From Octopus vulgaris (Eukaryota), in the NCBI GenBank assembly GCA_951406725.2, contig OX597826.1, positions 13,392,001 to 13,456,000 on the forward strand: 64,000 nucleotides of DNA. The letters run 5' to 3'. The stretch's first letter is position 1. Every line of letters begins with the position of its first letter. Below, piece by piece: positions 14,991-29,026 of this stretch. Below the pieces are notes generated by a model that was not told the DNA's origin, searched no databases, and was given only the letters and a program-made list of their open reading frames with translations. The translations under genes were made by a program, and so were the position numbers.

Positions 14991-15217
14991 AAAAAACAAA
15001 CAAACAAACAAACAGCAGCAATAACATAAACTTCTTGTTGGAATGTCTCGCACGAAAAGTTAGAATTCCTTTTTTGTCATAACACAGACATTTATTCCAT
15101 TTTCTGAACTGATTTCTGCTGACGTTTGCCATCGCTGGTGTCTTAGGAAAGGGGCTAGCGTTTCAGTTATGTTTGCGTAATTAGGGGAAGAAGGAGTGTG
15201 CACGCGCGCGCATGTGT

Positions 15218-15274
<57 letters not shown>

Positions 15275-16039
15275 CGTACATGTGTATACTGTCGAGTATG
15301 CATGAAGAGTGTTGTGATAGAATGAAAAAATGTGTAAAGGAATGAGACAGTCTAGAAGCGTTAGAGTACGTTTGTGTTTGTGTATGTGTGTCTGTGTGTC
15401 TGTAAGAGTGTGTGTGTGTGAGTCAATAAGTGTGTGTGTGTCTGCAAGAGTGTGTGTGTGTGAGTCAATAAGTGTGTGTGTGAGTCAATAAGTGTGTGTG
15501 TGTCTGTAAGTGTAAGTGTGAGACTGTAGATATGTATGTCTAGAAGTGTGTGGGTCTGTAAGTGTGCGTGTATGTGTTTATGTGTGTGTGTGTGCGTGTG
15601 GGGTGGTCTGTAAGTGTGAGTGTGTGTATGTCAATAAGTGTGTGTCTGTAAGTGTAAATGTGTAACTGTAAGTGTGCATGTATGTCTGTAAGTGTATGTG
15701 TCTGTAAGTGTGTGTGTGAGTATGTGAGTGTGTGTGTGCACACGTGTGTGTGTTGTCTCAATGAGAACAAATTAGAGGTAGCAAGTAAAAAGACAAAAGT
15801 AATAAATGAACGGTAAGAGATGAATCTAAGAATCTGTGAAAGTGACAGACAGACAAAGAAATTAGACATGCAGATAGAGAGACATATAGACAGCGGGACG
15901 GATAGACAATTGTATACACACGCACGCACACAATCAGAGATACACACACATACACTTACAAACATACACACACACACAGACACAAAGGACCATCCCGAAA
16001 TACTATAATATGTGTATCTATATCTTACTTGTTTAACTT

Positions 16040-16690
16040 GTATATGTGTATGTATGTATGTATGCATGTATGTATGTATGCATGCATGCATGTATGTATG
16101 TATGTATGTGTGTATGTATGCATGCATGCATGTATGTATGTATGTATGTATGTATGCATGCATGTATGTATGTATGTATGTATGTATGTATGTATGCATG
16201 TAAGTATGTATGTATGCATGTATGTATGTATGCATGTATGTATGTATGCATGTATGTATGTATGCATGTATGTATGTATGCATGTATGTATGTATGTATG
16301 CATGTATGTATGTAAGTATGTATGTATGCATGTATGTATGTATGTATGCATGTATGTATGTATGTATGTATGTATGCATGCATGTATGTATGTATGTATG
16401 TATGTATGCATGTATGTATGTATGTATGTATGTATGTATGTATGTATGCATGTATGTATGTATGTATGTATGTATGCATGTATGTATGTATGTATGTATG
16501 TACGTATGCATGTATGTACGCATATATGTATGTATGCATATATGCATGTATGTATGTATGTATCTATGTATGTATGCATGTATGCATGTATGTATGTATG
16601 CATGCATGCATGTATGTATGTATACGTGCATGTATGTATGTATGCATATATGTATGTATGTATGTAGGTAGGTAGGTAGGTAGGTAAGGT
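16040..16690. repeat. (ATGT/ATGC)n tetranucleotide microsatellite
   Basis: Directly visible. Confidence 0.92.
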
Positions 16691-17002
16691 AAGTATTAAG
16701 AAACTGTAGGGTGAGCTGAACAGCAGAGGTTCTTCAGAGAAGAAACCCAAATCATGCAAGTGTCTGGCGCTTAACTCTTATACTCTGAGGCGGGGGGCTG
16801 GGTCGCATCCAGGTCATAACTCCTGGGCTCTCCTTCGCCGTCACATTTTGTGAAACTATCTGCAATGCAATACTTCTTGGTGGTTAAGGTGCCCCAGATG
16901 CAAGGCACCTTGGTGATCTAACCAGTTCTTTCATGGTTTCCACTCGCCCTCTGCCAAATTAAATTTGTAAAGTGATGGTCGGCCCGGGCCAATAGTAGAA
17001 GA

Positions 17003-17287
17003 GGATCTTTTCATTTTGAAAGCCAGATTTTTCAGATTTTTCTAGTTAACTAAATAATTTGAAACTTCGTATACTGGTAGAATGTGTCAACAGAAAACAA
17101 TAATTTGACAAAAATATATGCATCTATAATACACACACATTATAAATTACATTATAAATTTAGAAATTACAATTCCGTTTTCATTTTGGTTTACAATTAT
17201 GTTTTCTTTTGACACATTCTACCAGTATACGAAGTTTCAAATTGTTTAGTTGACTAGGAAAATCTGGCCTTCAAACTGAAAAGATCC
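17003..17287. mobile_element. MITE with GGATCTTTTC TIRs and long subterminal inverted arms, nested in a SINE A remnant
   Basis: 8-bp TSD gtagaaga at 16995-17002 and 17288-17295. Arms of ~90 bp. GG termini with an 8-bp TSD fit Merlin-like or hAT-like superfamilies. Confidence 0.85.
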
Positions 17288-17474
17288 GTAGAAGACACTT
17301 GCCCATGACGCCATGCTGGACTGAACCCTAAAACATGTGGTTACAAAACAGGTTTCTTAACCACGCAACCATGTCTACTAGACGTGAAAACTATAGTCGA
17401 TGTGTTCAACTATACTCGTCAAAGCTGTGCCCCAGAATGGCTGTAGTCTAATGACTGAAACAAGTAAAAGTATA

Positions 17475-17546
<72 letters not shown>

Positions 17547-17741
17547 CATACAAATACAGAAGTAGGAGAGAAGTGGGGTATATAGGAACAAAGAGATAAA
17601 GAGACAGACATATGGAATGATGAAGAGACAAGAAGACAGGGAAACAGACAGATGGACACATGGTTAGGCAGACAGATGTACAGCGACAGCAACAGAGTTT
17701 CGAGAATAGAGATGAAGACAGAACGAGAGAGAGAGAGAGAG

Positions 17742-17812
17742 AGAGAGAAGCAGAGAGAAGCAGAGAGAAGCAGAGAGAAGCAGAGAGAAGCAGAGAGAAG
17801 CAGAGAGAAGCA
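17742..17812. repeat. 10-bp tandem repeat (GAGAGAAGCA)n, ~7 copies
   Basis: Directly visible within a purine-rich tract. Confidence 0.85.
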
Positions 17813-18924
17813 GGGAGACAGAAAGACTAACAAAAATTGGGTGTGATGATAAACGGATAGATATTTAAGTAGAATAATTAATGAAGTGTTGAGAGAAAGG
17901 GGGCAGAGAGAGAGAGAAGGGGTAGAGAAAGTGAGAAAGAGGAGGGAGAGGGTGTGAAGCATAAAAAATGGCAGAAGAGAGAACAAAGAAGAAACAAGAG
18001 AAAGCAACAAATGTGCAAGAAAGAATATAAAATCTCAAAGCAGACAGAGAGAGAGAAAGAGAAAGACGGACATATTGATGTGCAGACGGACAATGTGACA
18101 TAGAGAGAAAAGGAAAGAGGAGTAGAAAGAGAAGCAAATAGAAAGAAAGGCATAAAGATAAGAATAAGAAAGGAAGCAAAGATTGAGAGAGGAGTAGAGG
18201 AAAAAAAGTTAAACTAGAGAGATATCTACCGATCTCGCTAACAAAAGAAATATGGATAGAAAAAAGAGAAAAAAGCGTGATGAAATGAAAAAAAGAGGAA
18301 AAAGAACGAAGGAAAAGAAAATAAGGGCAATACAGAATGAAGGAAGGAAAGGAGGAAGGAGAGGAAGAAAGAGAATCATAAAGCCAGAGAGAAAAAAAAA
18401 ACATAAGAACAAAGAAAGCAGTGCAAGAAATAAACAAATATAATATAAAAAATAAAGGAATAAAAATTGAAAGTGGATGGTGGAGAGGATGGAGAGAAAG
18501 AAGTGGCGAATAAGCAATCAACGCGAAAGAGGAAAAAATAAAGAGATAGAAGTTGAAATGGCAAGTTTATGGTGAAATAAATACGGGATAATATGGAAGG
18601 AGAAAGTATAGAGAAAATTAGAGAGGACCTAAGTAAGGGACGTAACCAGTGAGTTTAAATAGTTTAAAGTGGAGAAATACGATATGCGATGGAATGGGGA
18701 AGGAAAAGTGTATAAGCGAGAGTGAAGAGAGAAGGATATGATAATTATCTGGGTCTTTTCGCACCAGTATGCGTATGTGAGTGTATTTACAAGTGGATAA
18801 CTCATGCGTGTGTATATGTGTATGCATCTGTGTCTATAGTTATGCTCATCAAAAACGTAAGTACACGCGTGTATATAAGCAAATATACGCACGAGAAAAC
18901 TAATGATAACAAGATTATTAATAA

Positions 18925-19265
18925 CTAGCACTAGTGCTTGCATATACAGCTGCGTGCGTGCGCACATACACGCGAGTACTGTCCAAATCTCTGACCAATC
19001 ACATACAGCTAGCTGGCATTCAATTGCCCTATCAAGTATCAAGCATTTTGATTGGGTTTTGGATAGAAAATTCACAAAAAAGTCACTTCTATTGATTTTT
19101 TAATGGCTTTGAGGGGTGACTGGGGAAATGTAAAGATGTGCACGACCACCCTTGGACGATTTTGAATAACCATAGAAAGTGCGAGCCCTCTAACTGAAAA
19201 TTTGTGGATTTGTATAAAGGACACGCACACACACACAGACATTTTGCCGTTTATATATATAGAGA
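18925..19265 (-). mobile_element. Non-autonomous Helitron-like element
   Basis: Minus strand begins A|TCTCTATATATATAAA...tgtctgtgtgtg and ends gtgCTAG|T. Confidence 0.55.
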
Positions 19266-19327
19266 TAACAATAGCGATAATAGTAAGAATAACCGTAGCT
19301 GTAAGAATAACGATAGTATTCTGTGAT

Positions 19328-19611
19328 AGCCTTGTGAGTGGATTTGGTAGACGGAAACTGAAAGAAGCCCGTCGTATATATGTATATGTGTGTGTGTGTA
19401 TGTTTGTGTCCGTGTTTGTCCCCCTAACATTGCTTGACAACCGATGCTGGTGTGTTTACGTCACTGTCACTTAGCGGTTCGGCAAAAGAAAGCGATAGAA
19501 TAAGTACTGGGCTTACAAAGAATAAGTCCCGGGGTCGATTTGTTCCACTAAAGGCGGTGCTCCAGCATGCCCGTAGTCAAATGACTGAAACAAGTAAAAG
19601 AGTAAAAGAGT
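19328..19611 (+). mobile_element. SINE family A, 5'-truncated
   Basis: Matches the family A body and tail. Confidence 0.85.
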
Positions 19612-19970
19612 TATTGACAGTGACAACTTTAAGCCTTCAAAGCTAATGGAGATGAATAAAAAAACAAAAAAAATAAGAAAAGAAAAAATACCACGCTGAG
19701 TATTCGTCTGCCTCCTCAACTATTATTAAAGGGAGATCTACCGGATACCTACTTACCTACCAACTTTATCAGCGAACAGAGACACCTACAATAGCCTCGT
19801 CTCCGCCACCGAGCACAAAAACACAATCATGAAATAACAAAAACATGATCGTGGATTCATATATGAATAGTAAATTAAAGAATATTCAGGCAGTTCCTAC
19901 CTGATACTCACTTTGTATACTTTGTCTTGTCTCAGAGTAATCCACACAATTTGTAAATATCCGGTAAGTG

Positions 19971-20540
19971 TATTGGGTTATTCGGAAAGTTTGTGCCGAT
20001 TTTTAAAGGAAAGAAAAAGGTCAATATATAAACTTGCCATTACATTTTTAATCAACCAAAAATGAACCATTTCGTTGCACAATGCGTCTCCATCTTTTCT
20101 TTAACTTGAAAATACCCTCTTCCCAGAATGGAGGGGTTTTCATGGCAAAGAATTCATCAAGGTATCTTTTTACGTCATCCAAGGAATTGAAATTTTTACC
20201 ATTAAGACTATTGCAGAGACCTGAATAAGTAGAAATCCGAAGGAGCAATATCTGGTGAATATGGAATGTGGGATAACGCATCCCAGCCGAGCTGCAGCAA
20301 TTTTTGCCTGGTTCCCAAAACCTCAAGTGCCGAAAATGAACTTTGTTATCTTCCAATTTAAAGGGTTACAGAATTAACACAGGTTATAGGAACATAAACT
20401 TTCTTCCACGAAAAGATAGCTTAAACTGTGCTCTAAATGGAGGTGTAGTCAAATCCTATTTTATGAACTCAACCATGTTCTCAAATAAGTCGAAATGTAA
20501 GCTACTATAAATCGGCACGAACTTTTCAGACAACCCAATA
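19971..20540 (-). mobile_element. Non-autonomous mariner, second copy
   Basis: Same TIRs and same internal deletion breakpoint as 6200-6771. Confidence 0.92.
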
Positions 20541-21049
20541 CTTTGAAAAGGCCCGATAATGTTGATTGATAGCTGGCAGAATCATCAGCATTCCACGACA
20601 AAAGACTTAGCGGCATTGCGTTTGTCTTTACTTTTGAGTTCAAATTATGCCGAGGTCGACTTTACTTCTCATCCTTTTGGAGTCGATGAAATACGTACCA
20701 ACTCAGCACTGGGGTCAATATAATCGACTTAACCCCTCTCCCAAGATTTCAGGATTTACGTCTATAGTAGAAAGGGTTATGTATATAGTGAGTTTTATTG
20801 CTATGTTCTGCGGCTTAAGTGATATCTAATATTTGCAATAACCTATTATTTTAGAGGCACCCAAAACACACCTCTGTGTCTCTTTATTCAACTCTTATTG
20901 TAATACACAAGCACTAATTTCCGCTGATGATTTTGTCAATGATCCTTGCTTATAATAAAAAGAAAATTGCTTCATAAACGTTAGTATGGTGGCATTCTCG
21001 GCTCAGTCTATAATACAGATTATATATGTGCATGTGTGTGTCAGAGTGG

Positions 21050-21463
21050 AGTGTATGTACGTACGTACGTATGTATGTATGTATGTATGTATGTATGTAT
21101 GTATGTATGTATGTATGTATGTATGTATGTATGTGTGTGTGTGTGTGTATGTATGTGTATATTCGTATGTATGTATGTATTATGTATGTATGTATGTATG
21201 TATGTATGTATGTGTATATTCGCATGTATGTATGTATGTACGTATGTATGTATGTATGTGTATATTCGTATGTATGTATGTATGTATGTATGTATGTATG
21301 AACGTATCTATGTATGTATTATGTATGTATGTATGTATGTATGTATGTACGTACGTATGTATGTATGTATGCATGTATGTGTATATTCGTATGTATGTAT
21401 GTACGTATCTATGTATGTATGTATGTATGTATGTATGTATGTATGTATGTATGTATGTATGTA
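21050..21463. repeat. (ATGT)n microsatellite with recurring gtgtatattcgt interruptions
   Basis: Directly visible higher-order structure. Confidence 0.85.
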
Positions 21464-22395
21464 CTCGTTTGATTTTAATTATTATAAGACTTCCTCTGAT
21501 GAAGGAACAGCTTTCTAACAAATATACAAAGCTCCATCGTTGGAATGTAGATATCAAAAACAAAGTCACCTTTTAAACCCGTGAATGTCTTGCATACTTT
21601 TAATGTTCCACTTTCGAGTTTTATTTGAAATGTGCGTGTTAATTAGTTGATGTCTTTTTCTGAAAACCCAACCTTATCCAGATTGTCACTTAGGTATTTA
21701 TTCACAAAACCAGGTGCACTAATTATTGGTATGAACGCGAATTTATACTCTGGATATACAAGCTGAAGGTTTCGAAGCTGTTATCCATCGCTGTCCTCTT
21801 TCTCTTCGATTTTTTGAGAGAGATATTCGCAAAAGGACAGTTAACCTCCATGAGAGTAAATACTCTTTCTTGTCCGTCTGAATGTATAAGTGTGTTTACA
21901 GAGTCATAAAACGTGTCGCATGGTGGTTAAGAAATCTATATTGATATTTCAGTGCTATCGTATTTATACGTGAACCTTGTGATATCCATAAAGTCACCAT
22001 AGATATCCAAACATTTTTCTTTTCCTTCTGTTGCTTATACAAAAAAGCTTTTGCCCTTTCACACGTAAATAACCGAATTTATTCGATAACGTGATGTTAC
22101 CATCATATTCTATGTGAAACTATATGTGTGCATGTGTGTGTGCGTGAGCGATGATCCATTGAGACAGAGAGCAGTCTTTCCATGTATGAGATGGTTTTGC
22201 AATACTAAAATTCATAGCCGAATGTAAGCATCTTGTGTTATAAATATATACATTATAAAATATTATAATACGTAGCTGACCCTGTAGAATTACAACAACC
22301 ATATTGTGAAGGGCAACATGACATTTTAAATGTTATATTCATAAGTCATATGTTTATCCATAGAAATAATATATACAGCAGGATATATATACAGT

Positions 22396-22524
22396 AGGTT
22401 CCGGGTTCAGTCCCACTGAACCCGGCACCTTGGGCAAGTGTCTTCTACTATAGCCTCGGCCCGACCAAAGCCTTGTGAGTGGATTTGGCAGAGGGAAACT
22501 GAAAGAAGCCTGTCGTATATATGA

Positions 22525-22603
<79 letters not shown>

Positions 22604-22806
22604 TGTCTATGTTTGTCCCCCCAACATCGCTTGACAACCGATGCTGGTGTTTACGTCCCCGTAACTTAGCGGTTTGGTAAAAGAGACCGATAGAATAAGT
22701 ACTAGGCTTACAAAGAATAAGTCCTGGGGTCGATTTGCTTGACTAAAGGTGGTGCTCCAGCATGGCCGTAGTCAAATGACTGAAACAAGTAAAAAAGTAA
22801 AAGAGT
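22396..22806 (+). mobile_element. SINE family A, lacking the first part of the head
   Basis: Matches family A with internal (AT)(GT) microsatellite. Confidence 0.85.
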
Positions 22807-22947
22807 ACCTAATTACACTCACACATGCACGCACGCACTCACTCACTCACACACACACCTAATCGTTGTCTCTGTGTGTATGTCTGCGTGTGTACACCAG
22901 TAGCGTTTGTATGTGTATGAGTGTGTAGGGTTCACCGGAATCTTTTG

Positions 22948-22999
<52 letters not shown>

Positions 23000-23123
23000 T
23001 CCTTTCTTTCCTCTCGTTTTTCTTTCTCTCCCTCCCCCAGTCTCTAGTCTCTCTTACTATCTGTATCTCACACACTTTTATCCTTCCCTAAGCCCTATAA
23101 TATACCAGCAGCGTTCGTTTGAG

Positions 23124-23180
<57 letters not shown>

Positions 23181-23224
23181 TATCTCGTTAGCATTTTAAT
23201 GCAATCGTAGACGAGAGGAGTTGG

Positions 23225-23677
<453 letters not shown>

Positions 23678-25391
23678 TGTTTCTTTATTAGCCACACAGG
23701 GCTGCACACAGATAGAACAAATTACAAGGTAGAGCTTTTCTTTTGAAGGTTTAAAAAAAAAAAAAAAAAAAAAAAAGGAAGGGGGAGTTTCGATCAAAAG
23801 GGATCGTAAAAGGAGAGAAAGAGGACAAAAAAAAGGGGGTTAAAAAAAAAAGGGGGAGAGGAAAAAAAAATTGATCAATAGGGATCGTTATCACAGAAAT
23901 GTCAATATGAAGTGTAAAGGGGAGGACAGGTGAGGTTTACCCGTGGAAAGAAAAGCCTACGGAAAAGACCACGGTAACCTCGGTCAATGAAGTCACATTT
24001 TATATTTCTTTTTTTTTTTTTTTTTTTTTTTTTGCAAATAAGCAACTCTCTGTTTTCGATTTCTGGGTTCATAGGACTATGCTCAAGGTGGCTTCGTCAT
24101 TCATACGTGCCATTCTTGCTACATTCACCCATCTTTTTTTAAAACATTCGCTAGACAAAACTTGCCTCTCTACTCTCACTTTCCTTTTCAAGTGGTACTT
24201 GAAGAAGTTGATGAGAGATTGACCAGAGAGGAAAGTGTTTGTCTCCAATCCTTTCAGACGCGTCCACCAGATACATTCTTTCGCCATAGCCACAAGGATG
24301 ATGAAAATAGCTCTTCCTTCCCGTTTGAAGGAAGGAGGCGTGACAATATTGACGATAGACTCAGCTGATAAACCGACTCGTCCCACACGTGACAGCAGTT
24401 GTTCGACATAAGCCCACAGGTCGGAAATTGTTGGGCACTGAACGAGTGCGTGCAGAACGGTTTCGTCGCTCTGACCGCATCTCGGGCAGGTCGGCCCCGT
24501 GTTTCTCGAGCCGTGTCTGTAGAGCTTATCCCGAACGGGTAGCGCTTCTCGGTAGCACTGCCAGGCCAGGGATCTCTGGAAGTTGTCCATGGGCCCTGGC
24601 CCGAAGGTCGTCCTGAACAGGCGGGTCAGGTACTCCTCGTCGACGTCCAGGTTCGCCCCGAGTTCGTCGTCGTACCTCCCCTCCACTAAACCCCTATAGA
24701 ATGCTTTGGTTGTGTTGAAGTCACTTAAGGTCGACCCAGGACGGCAGAGTTGCTTGAGAGCAACGCGACACTCGCGGTGCCATTCGCCCTTCCTCGGCCT
24801 CTTTTTGATCCACGACTGCAGTTCGGTCATGGAGACGAGCTGCGGGAAAGCGTGCCTCACAAACGGCGACCACACCTGTTCACCGTCGTCTACATAGAGC
24901 CAGAGATGCCGCAGTCTCAGCGCGTGTCTGCGCATCATCAACCACGGCATGCCCAGCCCTCCTTTTAACGGGTGTTGACAGCAAATGGATCGCCTGACCA
25001 TCGGGACGCATCCTTTCCACAAGAAGCGAAAGAGGATGCGTTGTAGTTTGGTGATGGTAGGGTCGGGACAAGGTACGACGGTCAGGCGGTAGTAGATGAC
25101 GGACGCGATGTACGTGTTCGCCACCTCCGCTCGACCTTTTAGGGACAGTTTCCTCTCGGCCCATTGCCGGGCGAGAGTGACCACCCTACTCGTTATCTCG
25201 TTCCAGTTCTTCTCCACTTGGAGGTCCGGACCAAACCAGACCCCGAGCAACTCAACCGGGCCGTCGGTCCAGCGTCCCACGACGGAGGCGCTGGTGGACG
25301 GCAGCATCTCACTGATCATAGTTGGACTGTCTGTGAGGGAGCCATCCTTTGGGAGGAGGGGTCCTATCTTGTAGTGCACTGAGACTGTTTC
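23678..25391 (-). mobile_element. Young 5'-truncated Tx1/L1-clade non-LTR retrotransposon (RT thumb, zf-RVT, 3' UTR)
   Basis: About 410 uninterrupted codons (24069-~25301) with motifs LLGVWFG, WAERKLSLKGRAEVAN, PLKGGLGMP, ALPVRDKL and CPRCGQSDETVLHALVQC. GC-rich; T-rich 3' UTR ends aataaagaaaca. Confidence 0.9.
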
Positions 25392-25439
25392 AGATAGATA
25401 GATAGATAGATAGATAGAGAGAGATAGATAGATAGATAG

Positions 25440-25528
<89 letters not shown>

Positions 25529-25537
25529 ATAGATAGT

Positions 25538-25581
<44 letters not shown>

Positions 25582-25584
25582 GAG

Positions 25585-25639
<55 letters not shown>

Positions 25640-25680
25640 TAGATAGATAGATATAGGTAGATAGATAGATAGATAGAGAG

Positions 25681-25715
<35 letters not shown>

Positions 25716-25720
25716 GAGAG

Positions 25721-25775
<55 letters not shown>

Positions 25776-25778
25776 GAG

Positions 25779-25835
<57 letters not shown>

Positions 25836-25842
25836 TAGATAG

Positions 25843-25896
<54 letters not shown>

Positions 25897-25899
25897 TAG

Positions 25900-25933
<34 letters not shown>

Positions 25934-25969
25934 ACATACAGAAACAAATAGATAGATATAGGTAGATAG

Positions 25970-26036
<67 letters not shown>

Positions 26037-26056
26037 GAGATAGATAGATAGATAGT

Positions 26057-26096
<40 letters not shown>

Positions 26097-26099
26097 GAG

Positions 26100-26156
<57 letters not shown>

Positions 26157-26174
26157 TAGATAGATAGATATAGG

Positions 26175-26232
<58 letters not shown>

Positions 26233-26260
26233 TAGGTAGATAGATAGATAGATAGATAGA
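25392..26260. repeat. (TAGA)n/(GA)n/(GT)n microsatellite, right flank of the LINE
   Basis: Directly visible. Confidence 0.92.
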
Positions 26261-26351
26261 TTGACAGAGAGAAAAGAGGAGGAAAATTTGTGTCTGCCGG
26301 TAGCGTTCGGCAGAATATCCCTCTCTTGTTCTCTTTTTCTCTCTCACTCTC

Positions 26352-26384
<33 letters not shown>

Positions 26385-26577
26385 ACTTACCATTTTAGCA
26401 GAAAATAATTCTTTCTTCAAAAGGTACAAGGCCTGAAATTTCGGGCGAGGGGGCTAGTTGATTACATCGACCCCAGTGCGTAACTGGCACTTACTGCATC
26501 GATCGCGAAAGGATGAAAGTCGAAGTCGATTTCGATGGGATTTGAACACGGAACGTAACGATGGTGTACGTAGATAT

Positions 26578-26670
<93 letters not shown>

Positions 26671-26797
26671 GAAAGAGAGGAGAGAGATTGATAGGTATAT
26701 AAATAAATTGATTGAGAGAGAAAGAATTAGTGCGTGAAGTTTTGTACCAGCAGCGTTCGTTCGGATCTTCCTCTCTTTTCCTCTCTCTTCTCATACC

Positions 26798-27030
26798 TAT
26801 TTCTTTACTACCCACAAAGGGGCTACACACAGAGGGGACAAACTAGGACAGACAAACGGATTAAGTCGATTACATTGACCCCAGTGCGTAACTAGTACTT
26901 AATTTATTCGACCCCGAAAGGATAAAAGGCAAAGTCGACCTCGGCGGAATTCGAACTCAGAACGTAATGGCAGACGAAATACGGCTACGCATTTCGCCCG
27001 GCGTGCTAACGTTTCTGCCAGCTCACCACC
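26798..27030 (-). mobile_element. SINE family B monomer
   Basis: Full head and tail; TSD (c)tcatacc on both sides. Confidence 0.9.
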
Positions 27031-27441
27031 TCATACCATTCTTTCCCTCTCCCGTGCACACACTTTTACCGTTCTCGTTCCACAGCGTGACAGATTAGCA
27101 AGCACAAGAGGCTGTCGCTAGAAGAGTGTCTTACCTTGCTACATTCAACGACCTTTATTTCATAATTTTGAATCTATGCGGCGTGTTAGAATTAGAATGT
27201 TCGATCTCATCCGAATCAGACAAGTAACATAACAGGTAACACGCTAGACTGGTTTAGCCATGTTATTTTCGAGTTAAACTCTGCTTACCGTGTTCACTTG
27301 ACTTGAAAGCTCCGGCTGGACTGACGGCTCATGTTGGTCGACCACATATCACATGGTCCCGACAGATGAGGAAGTATCTTGCGGAGATAGGGTCTAGCTG
27401 AGACTGCACAACGGATCGTCCGGGAGAATCCGTTATTATAT

Positions 27442-27858
27442 CTATTTCTTTACTACCCATAAGGGGCTAAATATAGAAGGGACAAACAAGGAGAAACAAA
27501 CGGATTAAGTCGATTATATCGACCCCAGTGCGTAACTGGTACTTATTTAATCGACCCCCGAAAGGATGAAAGGCAAAGTCGACCTCGGCGAAATTTGAGC
27601 TCAGAACGTAACGGCAGACGAAATACCTATTTCTTTACTACCCTCAAGGGGCTAAACACAGAGAGGACAAACAAGGACAGACATATGTATTAAGTCGATT
27701 ACATCGACGCCAGTGCGTAAATGGTACTTAATTTATCGACCCCGAAAGGATGAAAGGCAAAGTCGACCTCGGTGGAATTTGAACTCAGAACGTAACGGCA
27801 GACGAAATACCGCTAAGCATTTCGCCCGCGTGTTAACGTTTCTGCCAGCTCGCCGCCT
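27442..27858 (-). mobile_element. SINE family B dimer
   Basis: Junction gaaatac/ctatttc at 27626-27627. Confidence 0.9.
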
Positions 27859-28067
27859 TTACATCGGTATTATACCGATGAATGATGAAAGCAGCGACGC
27901 GTTGCAACGGCGCATGCCCCAACACCTGAAGTAACCATTATTCTCTGCTGTTATTCTGACACGAAAAAGGGAACGTTTTTACTTAAAAGTAATTTCGTCA
28001 GTTAAAATTCTTAAAGCAAATATAAATTCAATGTTACTCTGTGTAAAACTGGAAATATAAACGTTCT

Positions 28068-28285
28068 TCTTTTACTTGTTTAAGTCATTAGACAGCGGCT
28101 GAGCTGGAGCACCGCCTTGAAGAATCTTAGTCGAACGAATCAACCCCTGTATTCATTTTTTAAAGCCTGAATTATATCGTCTATCAATCTCTTTTGCAGA
28201 ACTGCTAACTTGCGGACTCTGTGTACGCATCAATAGAGTTTTTATGTGTGTGAGTGTCAAACAGTGGAGAGAGACAAACAAACAC

Positions 28286-28318
<33 letters not shown>

Positions 28319-28361
28319 CAAACACACACACAAACACACACACAAACACACACACACACAC

Positions 28362-28425
<64 letters not shown>

Positions 28426-28561
28426 ATACAATAGACTTCTTTCAGTTTCCGTCAACCAAATCCACTCGACTTTGGTCGGCCCGAGGCTATAATGGAAAAC
28501 ACTTGCTCAAGATGCCACACAGAATCATCACACAGTTGGGAAATCACTTAACACAGCCACG
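28068..28561 (-). mobile_element. SINE family A, diverged, with expanded (CA)n
   Basis: Family A tail and head flank a long CA tract. Confidence 0.7.
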
Positions 28562-28969
28562 TAATATTTGAACATTCCAGAATTTAAAAAAATAAATTAT
28601 CTTCCCAATTGTTATCCGAAAATTCTTAAAATATCGATTTTGTTCAATATATGAACACAAAAACATATAAATTCAAAACAATACAATGAAACAATTTCCC
28701 TATTCGTCCTCTTGCTCCAGTCATTGGACTGCGGCCATGCTGGGATTCATTGATAAATGAAGTTATTATCTGTTATTATGTATCTGTATTTTTATAAACA
28801 TAAATCTGTCCTCAAGTATCTTACGCACCCTATATATAACCACAGTAACAGCATGCATCTTCATTTCTTGAGTAAGCTGAGGGTCTGCCATTATTATTTT
28901 CTGAAACAAAGATTATAGAGAGATAGTAAAAAATGTAGCAATGACCCCCAAAAGGTATGTCCTCAAATA

Positions 28970-29026
<57 letters not shown>

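Noticed and set aside
15540-16759. Long HTYI/MYVC ORFs (and the similar YIYI ORFs elsewhere)
   Set aside because: Translations of microsatellites.
21490-21530. Hammerhead-like ctgatgaagg
   Set aside because: No closing stem II followed by GAAA.
24069-26429. 786-aa ORF as a host gene
   Set aside because: The N-terminal ~345 aa is (TCTA)n read-through (IYLS repeats); the rest is a truncated LINE ORF2.
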